Source of the DNA: an uncultured bacterium
GTDB lineage: Bacteria; Krumholzibacteriota; Krumholzibacteriia; WVZY01; JAKEHA01
Length of the DNA: 36,023 nucleotides
Reading direction: 5' to 3'
NCBI GenBank assembly: GCA_964500785.1
Contig: CAZCQM010000003.1
Location: 1 to 36,023 of the forward strand
Below, piece after piece: positions 8,476 through 17,018 of the stretch. Below the pieces are notes generated by a model. That model saw nothing but the letters and a program-made list of their open reading frames with translations. It ran no database searches and was not told the origin of the DNA. The position numbers were made by a program, and so were the translations under genes. The number at the start of each line of letters is the position of its first letter. The first letter of the stretch is position 1.

Positions 8476-10372
8476 AGGACTCTCCCACGATCGACTTGAC
8501 GCGCTTTACATCGCGCCGGACGTCGTCGAGCATGGCGTACTCCGGGTACGACAGCAGGACCTGCTCGTACTCGTGCAGCGCCTTCTCATAGTTTCCCATC
8601 CCCGATTCGTACACGCGCCCGATGTCGCGCTGCACTTCCGGGCACCCCTCGTCGGAGGGATAATCGTGCAGGAACTGGCGCAGTGTCGCCAGCGCGGCAT
8701 CGTAGCTGCCCTGGTCGAAAAGGACCAGACCCAGCCGGTGCAACGCGCGCGGGCGGATGGGGTCGTCGACCACGCGTCCCACGATGGTCCGAAGCCGCGA
8801 GACGACCACGGTCGTGTCGCCCCGCATGTCCGCCTTCATCGCGGCGACGATGTCGTCGAGCGACGATGATTTATACATCATTCCTTCCTCGAAGATCCAC
8901 GCCGCGTCGATGGCGTCGTTGGTGTAGAGCGAGGCGGGGGCGGCTTCGGCGAGCGCGGTCAGCGTGTCGCGCGCCGCGGTGTAGTTCTTCTTCGTCGCCA
9001 GATAGATGCCGGTGTAGTACCAGCCCGCCTGCGCCAGCTCGGGATTGTCGGCGCGCGAGAGTGCGGCGAGATACCGATCCGCGTCGGCGGTGCGGTCGGT
9101 GCCGATGTAGACCGCGGCGATGCGCGACGCGAACGTGCCGCCCAGTCGCCGCGCGTTCACCGCACCGGACTTGTAGGCCGCCAGCGCGTCGTCGGGTCGC
9201 TTGAGCTTGCGCAGCAGGACGTCGCCTCTCTCGATGTACGCCTGCTCCGCGAGATCGGACCCCGGGTAGCGGCGCGAGATGTCCTCGTACGCCTGCACGG
9301 CCCGCTCCAGGTAGGCGGCGCGGTCGGCGGGTGCGATGGCCGGGTTGGCCCCCGACCCGTAGGCGACGTAGACCTGGGCGAGGATCCAGCGGGCACGGTC
9401 GATGCCGGGGGCGTTGGCGTGGTCGTTCACGAACGCCTCCGACGCGCGCAGCGCCAGGTCGAGGTGGCGCGCCTGCTCGGTGCGCGGCAGCGACGCCACG
9501 CGGTTCATCGCGTCCTCGGCCAGCGCGAGCAGCGTTCCGCCGTCGGACTCCCGGCCGCTCTCGGCGCGCAGCGCCATGTCGAGCGACTTCTCCAACAGCC
9601 CGCGCTCCAGGAAATGGGCGGCGAGCACGTCCATGGCCGCGTGTCCCTCGGCGCCGCCGCGATCGGCACGCGTGGTGAGATACGCCACCATCTCGTCCTG
9701 ATCGTTCCCGGCGTCGCGTAGCGCCTCCAGCATTTTCGAACGCACCACGCGGAAGCCGCGCGGCTCGGCGACCACGAACGACAGGTACTCGTCCAGCGCC
9801 CGCTTCGTGTCGCCCGTCTGCTTGTACAGGCTCGCGATCTCGAGCGTGAGGCTCTGGTTCTTCTGGCTCCGGTTGCGCCCGCTCTCCAGCACGGCGATGG
9901 CCTGGTCGGCGCGCCCCAGATCGCGCAGCGCGTCGGAGACGATCTTGTACGACGCGACGCTGTACTTGTTGGCTTCGAGCACGCCGTTGAACACGCGCAT
10001 CGCGTCGTCTTCCCGGCCCTCGGAGAAGTAGATCGAGCCCAGCGCCTTGCCGGCATCGAGGTTCAGCGGGTTTGCCTGCAGCGCGGCGCGGTAGTAGAAC
10101 ACGGCGGAGTCGGCCTTTCCCACCACCTGCATGCCGTATCCCAGGCGGGAGAGGATGTCGTCGCGGCCGGGGAAGCGCGCGTTGAGCTGGCGCAGCAACG
10201 CCACTCCCGCCTCGGGATTCACCGAGAGCAGGCGTGAGGCTTCCAGGATGTCGGCGCTCACCGTCAGGGGATCGTTGCCCAGGGGACGCCGCATCCGCGA
10301 CTCCTGGGCCGACGCCAGAGAAACGGCCGCCGCGAACGCGAGCGCCGTGCAGACCAGCAGGCGGGCCCTCAC
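8465..10372 (-). CDS. Periplasmic tetratricopeptide-repeat protein
   Basis: Signal peptide (AVSLASA) and many TPR-like repeats ending ...YP (e.g. ALHRLGLVLFDQGSYDAALATLRQFLHDYP). Overlaps the downstream gene by 11 nt. Confidence 0.88.
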   Translation of the reverse strand: MRARLLVCTALAFAAAVSLASAQESRMRRPLGNDPLTVSADILEASRLLSVNPEAGVALLRQLNARFPGRDDILSRLGYGMQVVGKADSAVFYYRAALQANPLNLDAGKALGSIYFSEGREDDAMRVFNGVLEANKYSVASYKIVSDALRDLGRADQAIAVLESGRNRSQKNQSLTLEIASLYKQTGDTKRALDEYLSFVVAEPRGFRVVRSKMLEALRDAGNDQDEMVAYLTTRADRGGAEGHAAMDVLAAHFLERGLLEKSLDMALRAESGRESDGGTLLALAEDAMNRVASLPRTEQARHLDLALRASEAFVNDHANAPGIDRARWILAQVYVAYGSGANPAIAPADRAAYLERAVQAYEDISRRYPGSDLAEQAYIERGDVLLRKLKRPDDALAAYKSGAVNARRLGGTFASRIAAVYIGTDRTADADRYLAALSRADNPELAQAGWYYTGIYLATKKNYTAARDTLTALAEAAPASLYTNDAIDAAWIFEEGMMYKSSSLDDIVAAMKADMRGDTTVVVSRLRTIVGRVVDDPIRPRALHRLGLVLFDQGSYDAALATLRQFLHDYPSDEGCPEVQRDIGRVYESGMGNYEKALHEYEQVLLSYPEYAMLDDVRRDVKRVKSIVGESYAP

Positions 10373-10373
10373 G

Positions 10374-13300
10374 TCACGGGCTCCGCGGGGCGCTCTCGAC
10401 GGGAGATTCGTCCGCCAGCGCGCGGAAGTACATGCGGATCAGATCTTCGAATTCGCCCGGGGCCTTGAGCTGCATGGCGCGCTGGATCTCGTCGCGCAGT
10501 GTCCTGGCGTCCACGCCCTCGGGGCTGCGGCCCAGCGCCCTGGAGAAGATGTCTTCGGCGGTGACGCTCTCGCGCTCCTTCTCGTAGTCGCGCGTGTGCA
10601 CGGAACGGGACGCGTCGAGCATGCGGCTCAGGATGCGCTGCTGCTGGTTGACGAGGTCGTCGCTGATGTTGCCCTGCTCGAGCTGTTTGCTCACGGCCTC
10701 CATGTCCTCGATGGCCCGGTCCAGGCGGCCCAGCGGTTTGCCCTGGTCCTTCATCGAATTCTGAATCTGTTTGGCGATCTCCTGCAGCGAACGCTGCTGG
10801 CCCGCGAGGCGATCGAGCTGCGCCTGACGCTGCTGGCGGAGCATCTCCTCGGCCATGTGCATCTGCAGCATCTGCTGGGTCTCCTGAATGATGTTCTGCT
10901 GCGTCGGGATCATCGACTGCAGCATTTGCTGCGCGGTCGGCTGGCCCTGCCCGTTCATTCCCGACTGGCACGACTTGGCGGTGCGCAGCATCTCGATGGT
11001 CGCCTTGTTCAGCGACTCGACGGCGTTGCGCGCGTGCACCGTCGACATGTAGGGCTTGTCCTGTTCGAGAAAGAGCATGGAGCTCTGCATGCGCGTGATG
11101 GCCTCGCCCAGCGCTTGCATCAACGGACGCGGCACCGACAGCGACATGTTCCCCATCTTCGTGATCTCGTCGGCGATGTTCTGCGTGGCCTGCAGCTGGC
11201 TCAGCTGCTGCTCCGCGGCGCTTCCCGTCTCGCTTTCGTTCTGGTCCGTCGACGGCGCCTGGAGCCCCTCGGCCAGCGCTTCCTGGCGGAACGACAGGTC
11301 CAGCGTCTGGCGCGCGTATTTCTGGAGGTTCAGGGCCATCTTCGAGTTCATGTTCTGACTCATCGCCTGCTGCGCCTGCATGGCGCGGCGGAACAGGCTC
11401 ACCATCTTCTCCATCGCCTGCTGCTGATTCTGCATGGCCTGCTGCCGCTGCTGCTGCTGCAGGTTCCGGGCGGCGTCGCGCATGTCTTTCTGCGGTCCCT
11501 GCTGGGACTTCATCTCCTGCGACATCTGCTGCATCTGCTGCTGCGCCTGCTGATCGTCGAGCTCGTTGGCGACCTGCTCCGCCGACTTCTGCATCTCGTC
11601 CGCCTGCCGGGCCAGCTCCTCCTGTCGCTCCGACAGCTCGTTCATCTTGCCGGAGTCCTTCGGTGACGTCTGGCTCGTCTCCTCATTGAGGTCGGCCTGC
11701 TTCTCCATGAGGTCCTGGGCCTTGCGCACCATTTCCTCCATGCGCTGCTCCTTCTGGAGCTGTCGCAGCAGACTCTCCGTGCGCTCCAGGCGCTCGAGCA
11801 TGTCCTTCGTGTTGAGCTCCATCTTCTCCAGCGCCTGGCGCACGTCGTCGGGGTTCATCTTCTCCATCGCCTTGCGCAGCTCTTCCATGTACTTCTGCAG
11901 CTCGGGCGAATTGACTTCGTCGAGAAGCTTGCGGATCTCCTCCATCTTCTCGCCGATCTGCTGGGTGGTCATCTCGTTCTCGGACAGCTCCTGCATCGTC
12001 TTGTCGAGCGACTCTTTGACGTCGCTGAGCTTGTCCTGGACGGCCTTCTGCGTTTCGATGGCGCGGTCGAACTCTTTCTTCTGCGACCACTCCATCTTCT
12101 CGGTCTTGAGATACTCGCGCGAGATCTTCTCCAGCTGCTCGCTCAACTCCCGGCTGTCTTCGATGGCGGCCTTGAGCGTGTCGTCCCGGTGTGTCTCCTC
12201 GTGCTTCGCGTTGTCGTAGAGCTCAGACATGGTGGGAACCGTCACGCGGAAGATCTTGCTGCGCGCAATACCGGGGCCGGTGACCACATTGTTGTCCGCC
12301 ACCTCGACGAAATACTCCACCGAGTTCCCGGGGAACAGCGTCATGTCCGAGAGGTCCCAGTGATACGCGACCGCCATTTCCTTGCGGTTGTGCGAATCGC
12401 CGAGTGAGATGGCGGCCTTGCGGTAATCGGTGGCGTCCGCTTTGCGGAAGTAGAGCGTGGCGCGCGCCACACCGTAGTCGTCCGACGCGACGAACCCGAT
12501 GTCGAGCTGCTGCGTGCGCGGCATGGCGGCGTCGGCGCCGGGCTGGATCACGTCGACCGTCGGCGGGCGGTCCTTGAAGACCTCGATGGTGTAGGAGAGC
12601 GGATCGCGCGTCGAAAACCCCAGGGAATCTTCGAGCAGGACGCGGTAGCTGCCGTCCTTGAGCGCGGCGAATTCGAACCCGAGGTCGCGCCCGGTATGCT
12701 CGACGGGCTTCTTGTCCTTGCCGTCGAACTCGACCCACGCCTCGCGCAACGGATTGTTGCTGCGCGCCTGCACGCGCACCTTCGAACCCTCCAGAGCCTG
12801 GACGTTGCCCGCGTTGTCCGCGAGCGTCGTCGCCGGCTCCTTCGTGTACGCGGGCGGCGTCACCGTAACGCGCACGTCGGTCAGGATGGGCTCGTGGACC
12901 ACCGTGATGGTGTAGCTCTCGGTCTTGTAGTCGCCCGACTTGAAGAAGTACTGCGTCGTGTTCCGGATGTCGTGGAACGTGTAGTTGTAGCGATCGAAGG
13001 CGGCGTCGGCGCTCGGATCGCGGCGCACGAGCGTCGTGGGCTCGTTCTTCCAGAAATCGCTGGAAAGGTTGAACGCGATCTCGACCGGCATGTCGGTCTC
13101 GCCGAGGTCGATGCCGCTCACCGTCACGTCGTTTCCCGCCAGCACAGTGATGTCTCCGGGTTCCGCGTGGATATTGGGGCCGTGGGGCAGCGAAGCCACC
13201 TGCCGCGGCGACACCACGCGGCGGCCCGCGTCGGTGACCACGTTCGGATCGAAGACGGCGATGCCGAGCAGCGCGACCAGGCCGACCAGCGCCAGCGGAA

Positions 13301-13757
13301 CGACCGCGAGGTGCCGGCGGTCCAGGAAGAGCGCGCGCACGCGCAGACCCGAGAGCTTCTCGACGGCCTGGCGAATGACCTCGCGGATCAGCTCCGGCGA
13401 GTAGCGGCGCGCCGCGGTCTCGTCGCGGCTGAACTCGAAGCCGGCGCGGACCAGCTCCTTGAGGTCCTCGCGCCGTTCGATCTCGGAAGCGAGGTGGTCG
13501 ATCCGCGGCAGCCGCGCCAGCGGCCAGACCACGAAGTAACCGAACGCGGCGACGATCAGCGCGATGGCGATGCGTGCGACCCACGTGGCCACGGCGAGGC
13601 TCGGCCCGTGGACGAGTGCGGTCCACACCACCAGCGCGAGCAGCACCCAGGATGCGGCGGCCAGCACCGCCACCAGTCCCGCGCCCGCATGGAGCGCGGC
13701 GGTCCGGAGCAGAATCGAGCGCAGGTACCTGCGAAGGCTGTCGTTCCCGGATGCCAT
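10374..13757 (-). CDS. DUF4175-like membrane-anchored protein with Ig-like domains and a long coiled coil
   Basis: Three N-terminal TM segments; VTPPAYT, DRPPTV, SDDYGV and YFVEVADN..GP motifs; Q/E/M-rich coiled coil; QQRILSRMLDA...R and YFRAL near the C-terminus. Confidence 0.8.
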   Translation of the reverse strand: MASGNDSLRRYLRSILLRTAALHAGAGLVAVLAAASWVLLALVVWTALVHGPSLAVATWVARIAIALIVAAFGYFVVWPLARLPRIDHLASEIERREDLKELVRAGFEFSRDETAARRYSPELIREVIRQAVEKLSGLRVRALFLDRRHLAVVPLALVGLVALLGIAVFDPNVVTDAGRRVVSPRQVASLPHGPNIHAEPGDITVLAGNDVTVSGIDLGETDMPVEIAFNLSSDFWKNEPTTLVRRDPSADAAFDRYNYTFHDIRNTTQYFFKSGDYKTESYTITVVHEPILTDVRVTVTPPAYTKEPATTLADNAGNVQALEGSKVRVQARSNNPLREAWVEFDGKDKKPVEHTGRDLGFEFAALKDGSYRVLLEDSLGFSTRDPLSYTIEVFKDRPPTVDVIQPGADAAMPRTQQLDIGFVASDDYGVARATLYFRKADATDYRKAAISLGDSHNRKEMAVAYHWDLSDMTLFPGNSVEYFVEVADNNVVTGPGIARSKIFRVTVPTMSELYDNAKHEETHRDDTLKAAIEDSRELSEQLEKISREYLKTEKMEWSQKKEFDRAIETQKAVQDKLSDVKESLDKTMQELSENEMTTQQIGEKMEEIRKLLDEVNSPELQKYMEELRKAMEKMNPDDVRQALEKMELNTKDMLERLERTESLLRQLQKEQRMEEMVRKAQDLMEKQADLNEETSQTSPKDSGKMNELSERQEELARQADEMQKSAEQVANELDDQQAQQQMQQMSQEMKSQQGPQKDMRDAARNLQQQQRQQAMQNQQQAMEKMVSLFRRAMQAQQAMSQNMNSKMALNLQKYARQTLDLSFRQEALAEGLQAPSTDQNESETGSAAEQQLSQLQATQNIADEITKMGNMSLSVPRPLMQALGEAITRMQSSMLFLEQDKPYMSTVHARNAVESLNKATIEMLRTAKSCQSGMNGQGQPTAQQMLQSMIPTQQNIIQETQQMLQMHMAEEMLRQQRQAQLDRLAGQQRSLQEIAKQIQNSMKDQGKPLGRLDRAIEDMEAVSKQLEQGNISDDLVNQQQRILSRMLDASRSVHTRDYEKERESVTAEDIFSRALGRSPEGVDARTLRDEIQRAMQLKAPGEFEDLIRMYFRALADESPVESAPRSP

Positions 13758-13774
13758 GCGTTCCCTTTCGACCG

Positions 13775-14482
13775 CTACATCAGCACGCGGCTGGTGATGG
13801 CGTACATGAGGACGTTGACCGCCATCTCCATGGCCTGTTCCCGCTTCTCGGGCGGGTCGTGGTGGACTTCGGGATCGGCGAGGCCGTCGCCGATATCCGA
13901 TTCATACACATAATAGAGCACGACGCGCCCGTTGACCGTGACCCCGAACCCCTGGGGGCGCTTGCCGTCGTGCTTGTGGATCTTGGGCAGCCCCGGAAGG
14001 TCGTAGAAACAATGGTAGATGGGATGGTCGTTGGGCAGCTCCTCGAACGGCTTGTCGGGGAAGAGATCGTGCACCATCGCGTGCACGGAGTCGTTCATCC
14101 CGTAGCTGTCGTTGATGAAGAGGAACCCGCCGTCTTCGAGGTACGCGCGCAGGATGTCGCGCTGCTCGGGCGAGAACCGGATGGTGCCGTGACCGGTGAC
14201 GTACAGGAAGGGATACGCGCGCAGGTTCTCGTCTTCCAGCGACACGACCTTCTGATCGCGGGCGGTCTTGATGCCCGTGCGGCGCTCGAACTCGACCAGC
14301 CAGTTGGGGACCGACGACGGGTTGTTGTACCAGTCGCCCCCGCCGGGATACTTGAGCCGCGCGATCTGCACACCATACTCTTCGGCCGGGTCGCCGGCCG
14401 CCATCTGACCGCGGGCCTCCCCTGAGACCATCAGCGCGGCCAGGAGCCCCATCATCGCCACTGTCGCTCGACCCATCCGCAT
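13775..14482 (-). CDS. DUF4159 domain secreted protein
   Basis: IARLKYPGGGDWY, YPFLYVTGHG, YLEDGGFLFIND.YG, HPIY, GLPKIHKHDG, DIGDG and A..MAVN motifs. Start reassigned to ATG 14482 (14476 is an alternative) ahead of a signal peptide. Confidence 0.9.
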   Translation of the reverse strand: MRMGRATVAMMGLLAALMVSGEARGQMAAGDPAEEYGVQIARLKYPGGGDWYNNPSSVPNWLVEFERRTGIKTARDQKVVSLEDENLRAYPFLYVTGHGTIRFSPEQRDILRAYLEDGGFLFINDSYGMNDSVHAMVHDLFPDKPFEELPNDHPIYHCFYDLPGLPKIHKHDGKRPQGFGVTVNGRVVLYYVYESDIGDGLADPEVHHDPPEKREQAMEMAVNVLMYAITSRVLM

Positions 14483-14548
14483 GGATAACTCCGTGAGTTC
14501 AATTATAGTTAACGGTCTCGCCGGTTGCAAACGCCGCCTCGCCGGACT

Positions 14549-14564
14549 TGCACGTTGCGTGCCC
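14549..14564 (-). promoter_or_regulatory. Putative sigma54 (-24/-12) promoter for the DUF4159 operon
   Basis: GGGCACGCAACGTGCA has GG-N10-GC spacing; consensus is TGGCACG-N4-TTGCW. Confidence 0.55.
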
Positions 14565-14659
14565 CCCATCGGGGAACGACGGGGAATCCTCCGCAATGGA
14601 CCTTCGGGTCCCGTACTCGGGCTCCCGGTCATCGGTTGCAAGAAATCCCGTGCGGCCCC

Positions 14660-14676
14660 TGTCCAACCTTTTGACA
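14660..14676. promoter_or_regulatory. Palindromic TGTC-N9-GACA site, possible enhancer (UAS)
   Basis: TGTCCAACCTTTTGACA, about 130 bp upstream of the inferred sigma54 start site. Confidence 0.4.
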
Positions 14677-14732
14677 GATAGAAACGGGACTCCGGCGAGA
14701 GCCGGCGGCCACCAGGCCCGGGAGGTAATGAC

Positions 14733-15929
14733 ATGAAACGATACTCGCTTACGCTGATGCTCGCACCGCTCCTGCTCATCGGAGCCGGATGCGCCAGCTA
14801 TGACCGCGAGCTCCTCGGCGACCCCAAGCCGATCGCCCTGCAATCAACCGAGTCGGACTACGACGAGCCCGCCTCGTACGACATCGACCAGCCGGCCGCG
14901 TACGACTACGACCCGCCCGCGCCGGTCGAGAACGAACCGGCCATGGGAGCCACCGCCGGCGCCGTCGTGTCCTACACGTCCTACCGACCCGCCCGGCGCG
15001 TCGTCGCGGTCGATCCGAGGGACATGTTCGTGGACCTCACCTTCTGGGGTACGTGGTACCACCTGGATGGTTTCGGCTCGGTATGGCGCCCCTCGCTCGT
15101 GCTGGGCTGGCGCCCGTTCGAGAACGGCCGGTGGGTCCACACGACATACGGCTGGATGTTCGAATCCTACGACACGTTCGGATGGATCACGTATCACTAC
15201 GGGAACTGGTTCTACAGCAACAGGCTGGGCTGGGTCTGGGTTCCCGGGTACGAATGGGTCGCGTGCAATTGCGATTGGATGCGGATTGACGATATTATCT
15301 TCTGGGCACCGCTGCCGCCGGTGGGTTATGTCTGCCCGCGGCCGTGGGAGCCACGCGGTGGCGACTGGTGGATCGGTGTGCGCGGCCGCAATTTCGAGGA
15401 CGACCACATCGGCAACTATCGGGTCCCGCCGGTGAAGTTCAAGTCCGAACGCCGCAAGGCGGAAGTGATCCACCGGGGCCCGGATACGAAGTACGTCGAG
15501 ACGATCACCCGCCGTCCCGTGAAGACGATTTCGGTCGATCTCCAGGTGCGCGAGGTTCGCGGGCGGAAGATCACGCGGGTGAAGATGCCCTCGGATCGGA
15601 CCAAACCGCCGCGGTACACGCCGGCGCCGATCCGGGCACCGCAGCCGACCCCGCAGCCGGTGGTCCGCAAGGGGACGCAGCCCCGCGTGACGCAGCCGCC
15701 GTCCGGATCGAGCGGAGGAACGGTCTCGCGCCCGGCGCCGGTCAAGAAACAGCCGGCGCCCGTCGAGAGGAAGTCGACGCCGTCGACGTCGAAGTCGCGC
15801 GGTTCGTCGGACTCCGGCAAGGCGACGCCCGCGAAGGCGAAATCGAAAGGATCCTCGTCCTCGAAGGGTAGCTCGGGGTCGAAATCGAAGAATGAAGGAG
15901 GAAAGGCGAAGCCCGCCAAGAACCGGTAG
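14733..15929 (+). CDS. DUF6600-like lipoprotein with a Pro- and Lys/Ser-rich tail
   Basis: SD GGAGGT; lipobox GAGC; WGTW..., WRP, GRWV.T.YGW, GWITYHYGNW, GWVWVPG.EW and WAPLPP. Confidence 0.82.
   Translation: MKRYSLTLMLAPLLLIGAGCASYDRELLGDPKPIALQSTESDYDEPASYDIDQPAAYDYDPPAPVENEPAMGATAGAVVSYTSYRPARRVVAVDPRDMFVDLTFWGTWYHLDGFGSVWRPSLVLGWRPFENGRWVHTTYGWMFESYDTFGWITYHYGNWFYSNRLGWVWVPGYEWVACNCDWMRIDDIIFWAPLPPVGYVCPRPWEPRGGDWWIGVRGRNFEDDHIGNYRVPPVKFKSERRKAEVIHRGPDTKYVETITRRPVKTISVDLQVREVRGRKITRVKMPSDRTKPPRYTPAPIRAPQPTPQPVVRKGTQPRVTQPPSGSSGGTVSRPAPVKKQPAPVERKSTPSTSKSRGSSDSGKATPAKAKSKGSSSSKGSSGSKSKNEGGKAKPAKNR
14853..14924 (+). repeat. Three degenerate 24-nt in-frame tandem repeats
   Basis: Encode SDYDEPAS / YDIDQPAA / YDYDPPAP. 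Confidence 0.6.
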
Positions 15930-15944
15930 GATAGTCTGGATGCC

Positions 15945-17012
15945 ATGATCGAACGACGTCTCGCATTGATTCTGCTCGCGATGCTCGTCATCGCCGCCGG
16001 GTGCTCGGGGTACGACCGCGAGCTGCTTGGCGACCCGGAGTTCGCGCCCGCGCCGGCCGCCCAGGGGCCGGCGGCGGCGCAGCCGGAGGTCGAAGGCGCC
16101 TACAACGAAACCCCGGCGGACTCGCTGGCGATGTTCGACGACCTCGGCCCCTACGGGAGCTGGTACGACCTGCGGCCGTTCGGGCCGGTGTGGCGCCCGA
16201 CCGTCGTTTCGAGCTGGCAGCCGATGCAGAGCGGCTACTGGGTGTGGACGGCGTACGGCTGGATGTGGGCCTCCTACGACCCGTTCGGCTGGGCGACGTA
16301 TCACTACGGCTACTGGGTCAACGACTTCACGCTGGGGTGGGTGTGGGTGCCGGGGTACGACTGGGCGCCCGTGCGCTGCGACTGGATGACGGTCGGCGAC
16401 TACGTGTGCTGGGCGCCGCTCCCGCCGCCGGGCCACGGCTGGCACGATCCGTGGGCCGACAACGGCTACGACTACTGGACCGTCGTTCCGGCGACCAAGT
16501 TCCGCGACCCGGAGGCGACGCGTTACCGCGTGTCACCCGAGAAGTTCAAGTCGTCCTACCACGCGGGCGACGTCGTGCGGCGTGCGCCCGACACCTACTA
16601 CGTGCAGCGCGAGACGCACAACTCGCTCGACCCGGTACCGGTTCAGATCGACAAGGAGCAGTTCGGACGCCACGAGCTGCGGCGCGTCATCATTCCGGGG
16701 ATGAAGCAGACCCGCGGCGAAGGCGGTCTGCCCTACGAAACGCCCGCGCCGCTGGGTCTGCCACTCACATCTCCCGGCGTGGGCAACGCGGGCGGAAGCG
16801 GCGGCTCCTCGTCACCGGGACCGCAGACGAAGCCGGTCGAACGCAAGAAGACGGAGCCGCGGAAGTACAAGGCCAAGGACTCGGGGAAGAAGTCCGGCAA
16901 CTCGAAGGGCGAGTCGAAGGACAACGGCAACGACGGCGGGAAGTCCAAGGACAACAACTCGGGCAAGAGCGGCAAGGGCTCCTCGGGCGAGGCAAAGAAG
17001 AAGAAGGGGTAG
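15945..17012 (+). CDS. DUF6600-like lipoprotein, paralog of the preceding gene
   Basis: Lipobox AAGC followed by the same YDRELLGDP; L.PYGSW, WRP, GWATYHYGYW, WVWVPG.DWAP and WAPLPP; Lys/Gly/Ser-rich tail. Confidence 0.85.
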   Translation: MIERRLALILLAMLVIAAGCSGYDRELLGDPEFAPAPAAQGPAAAQPEVEGAYNETPADSLAMFDDLGPYGSWYDLRPFGPVWRPTVVSSWQPMQSGYWVWTAYGWMWASYDPFGWATYHYGYWVNDFTLGWVWVPGYDWAPVRCDWMTVGDYVCWAPLPPPGHGWHDPWADNGYDYWTVVPATKFRDPEATRYRVSPEKFKSSYHAGDVVRRAPDTYYVQRETHNSLDPVPVQIDKEQFGRHELRRVIIPGMKQTRGEGGLPYETPAPLGLPLTSPGVGNAGGSGGSSSPGPQTKPVERKKTEPRKYKAKDSGKKSGNSKGESKDNGNDGGKSKDNNSGKSGKGSSGEAKKKKG

Positions 17013-17018
17013 CGGCCG

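Noticed and set aside
11380-11560. CTG/CAG-rich runs in the DUF4175-like gene as a simple-sequence contingency repeat
   Set aside because: They encode the Gln/Met-rich coiled coil; the runs are short, interrupted and in frame.
14671-14700. TTGACA as a sigma70 -35 for the DUF6600-like genes
   Set aside because: No -10-like hexamer at 16-18 nt; it fits better as half of a TGTC-N9-GACA palindrome.
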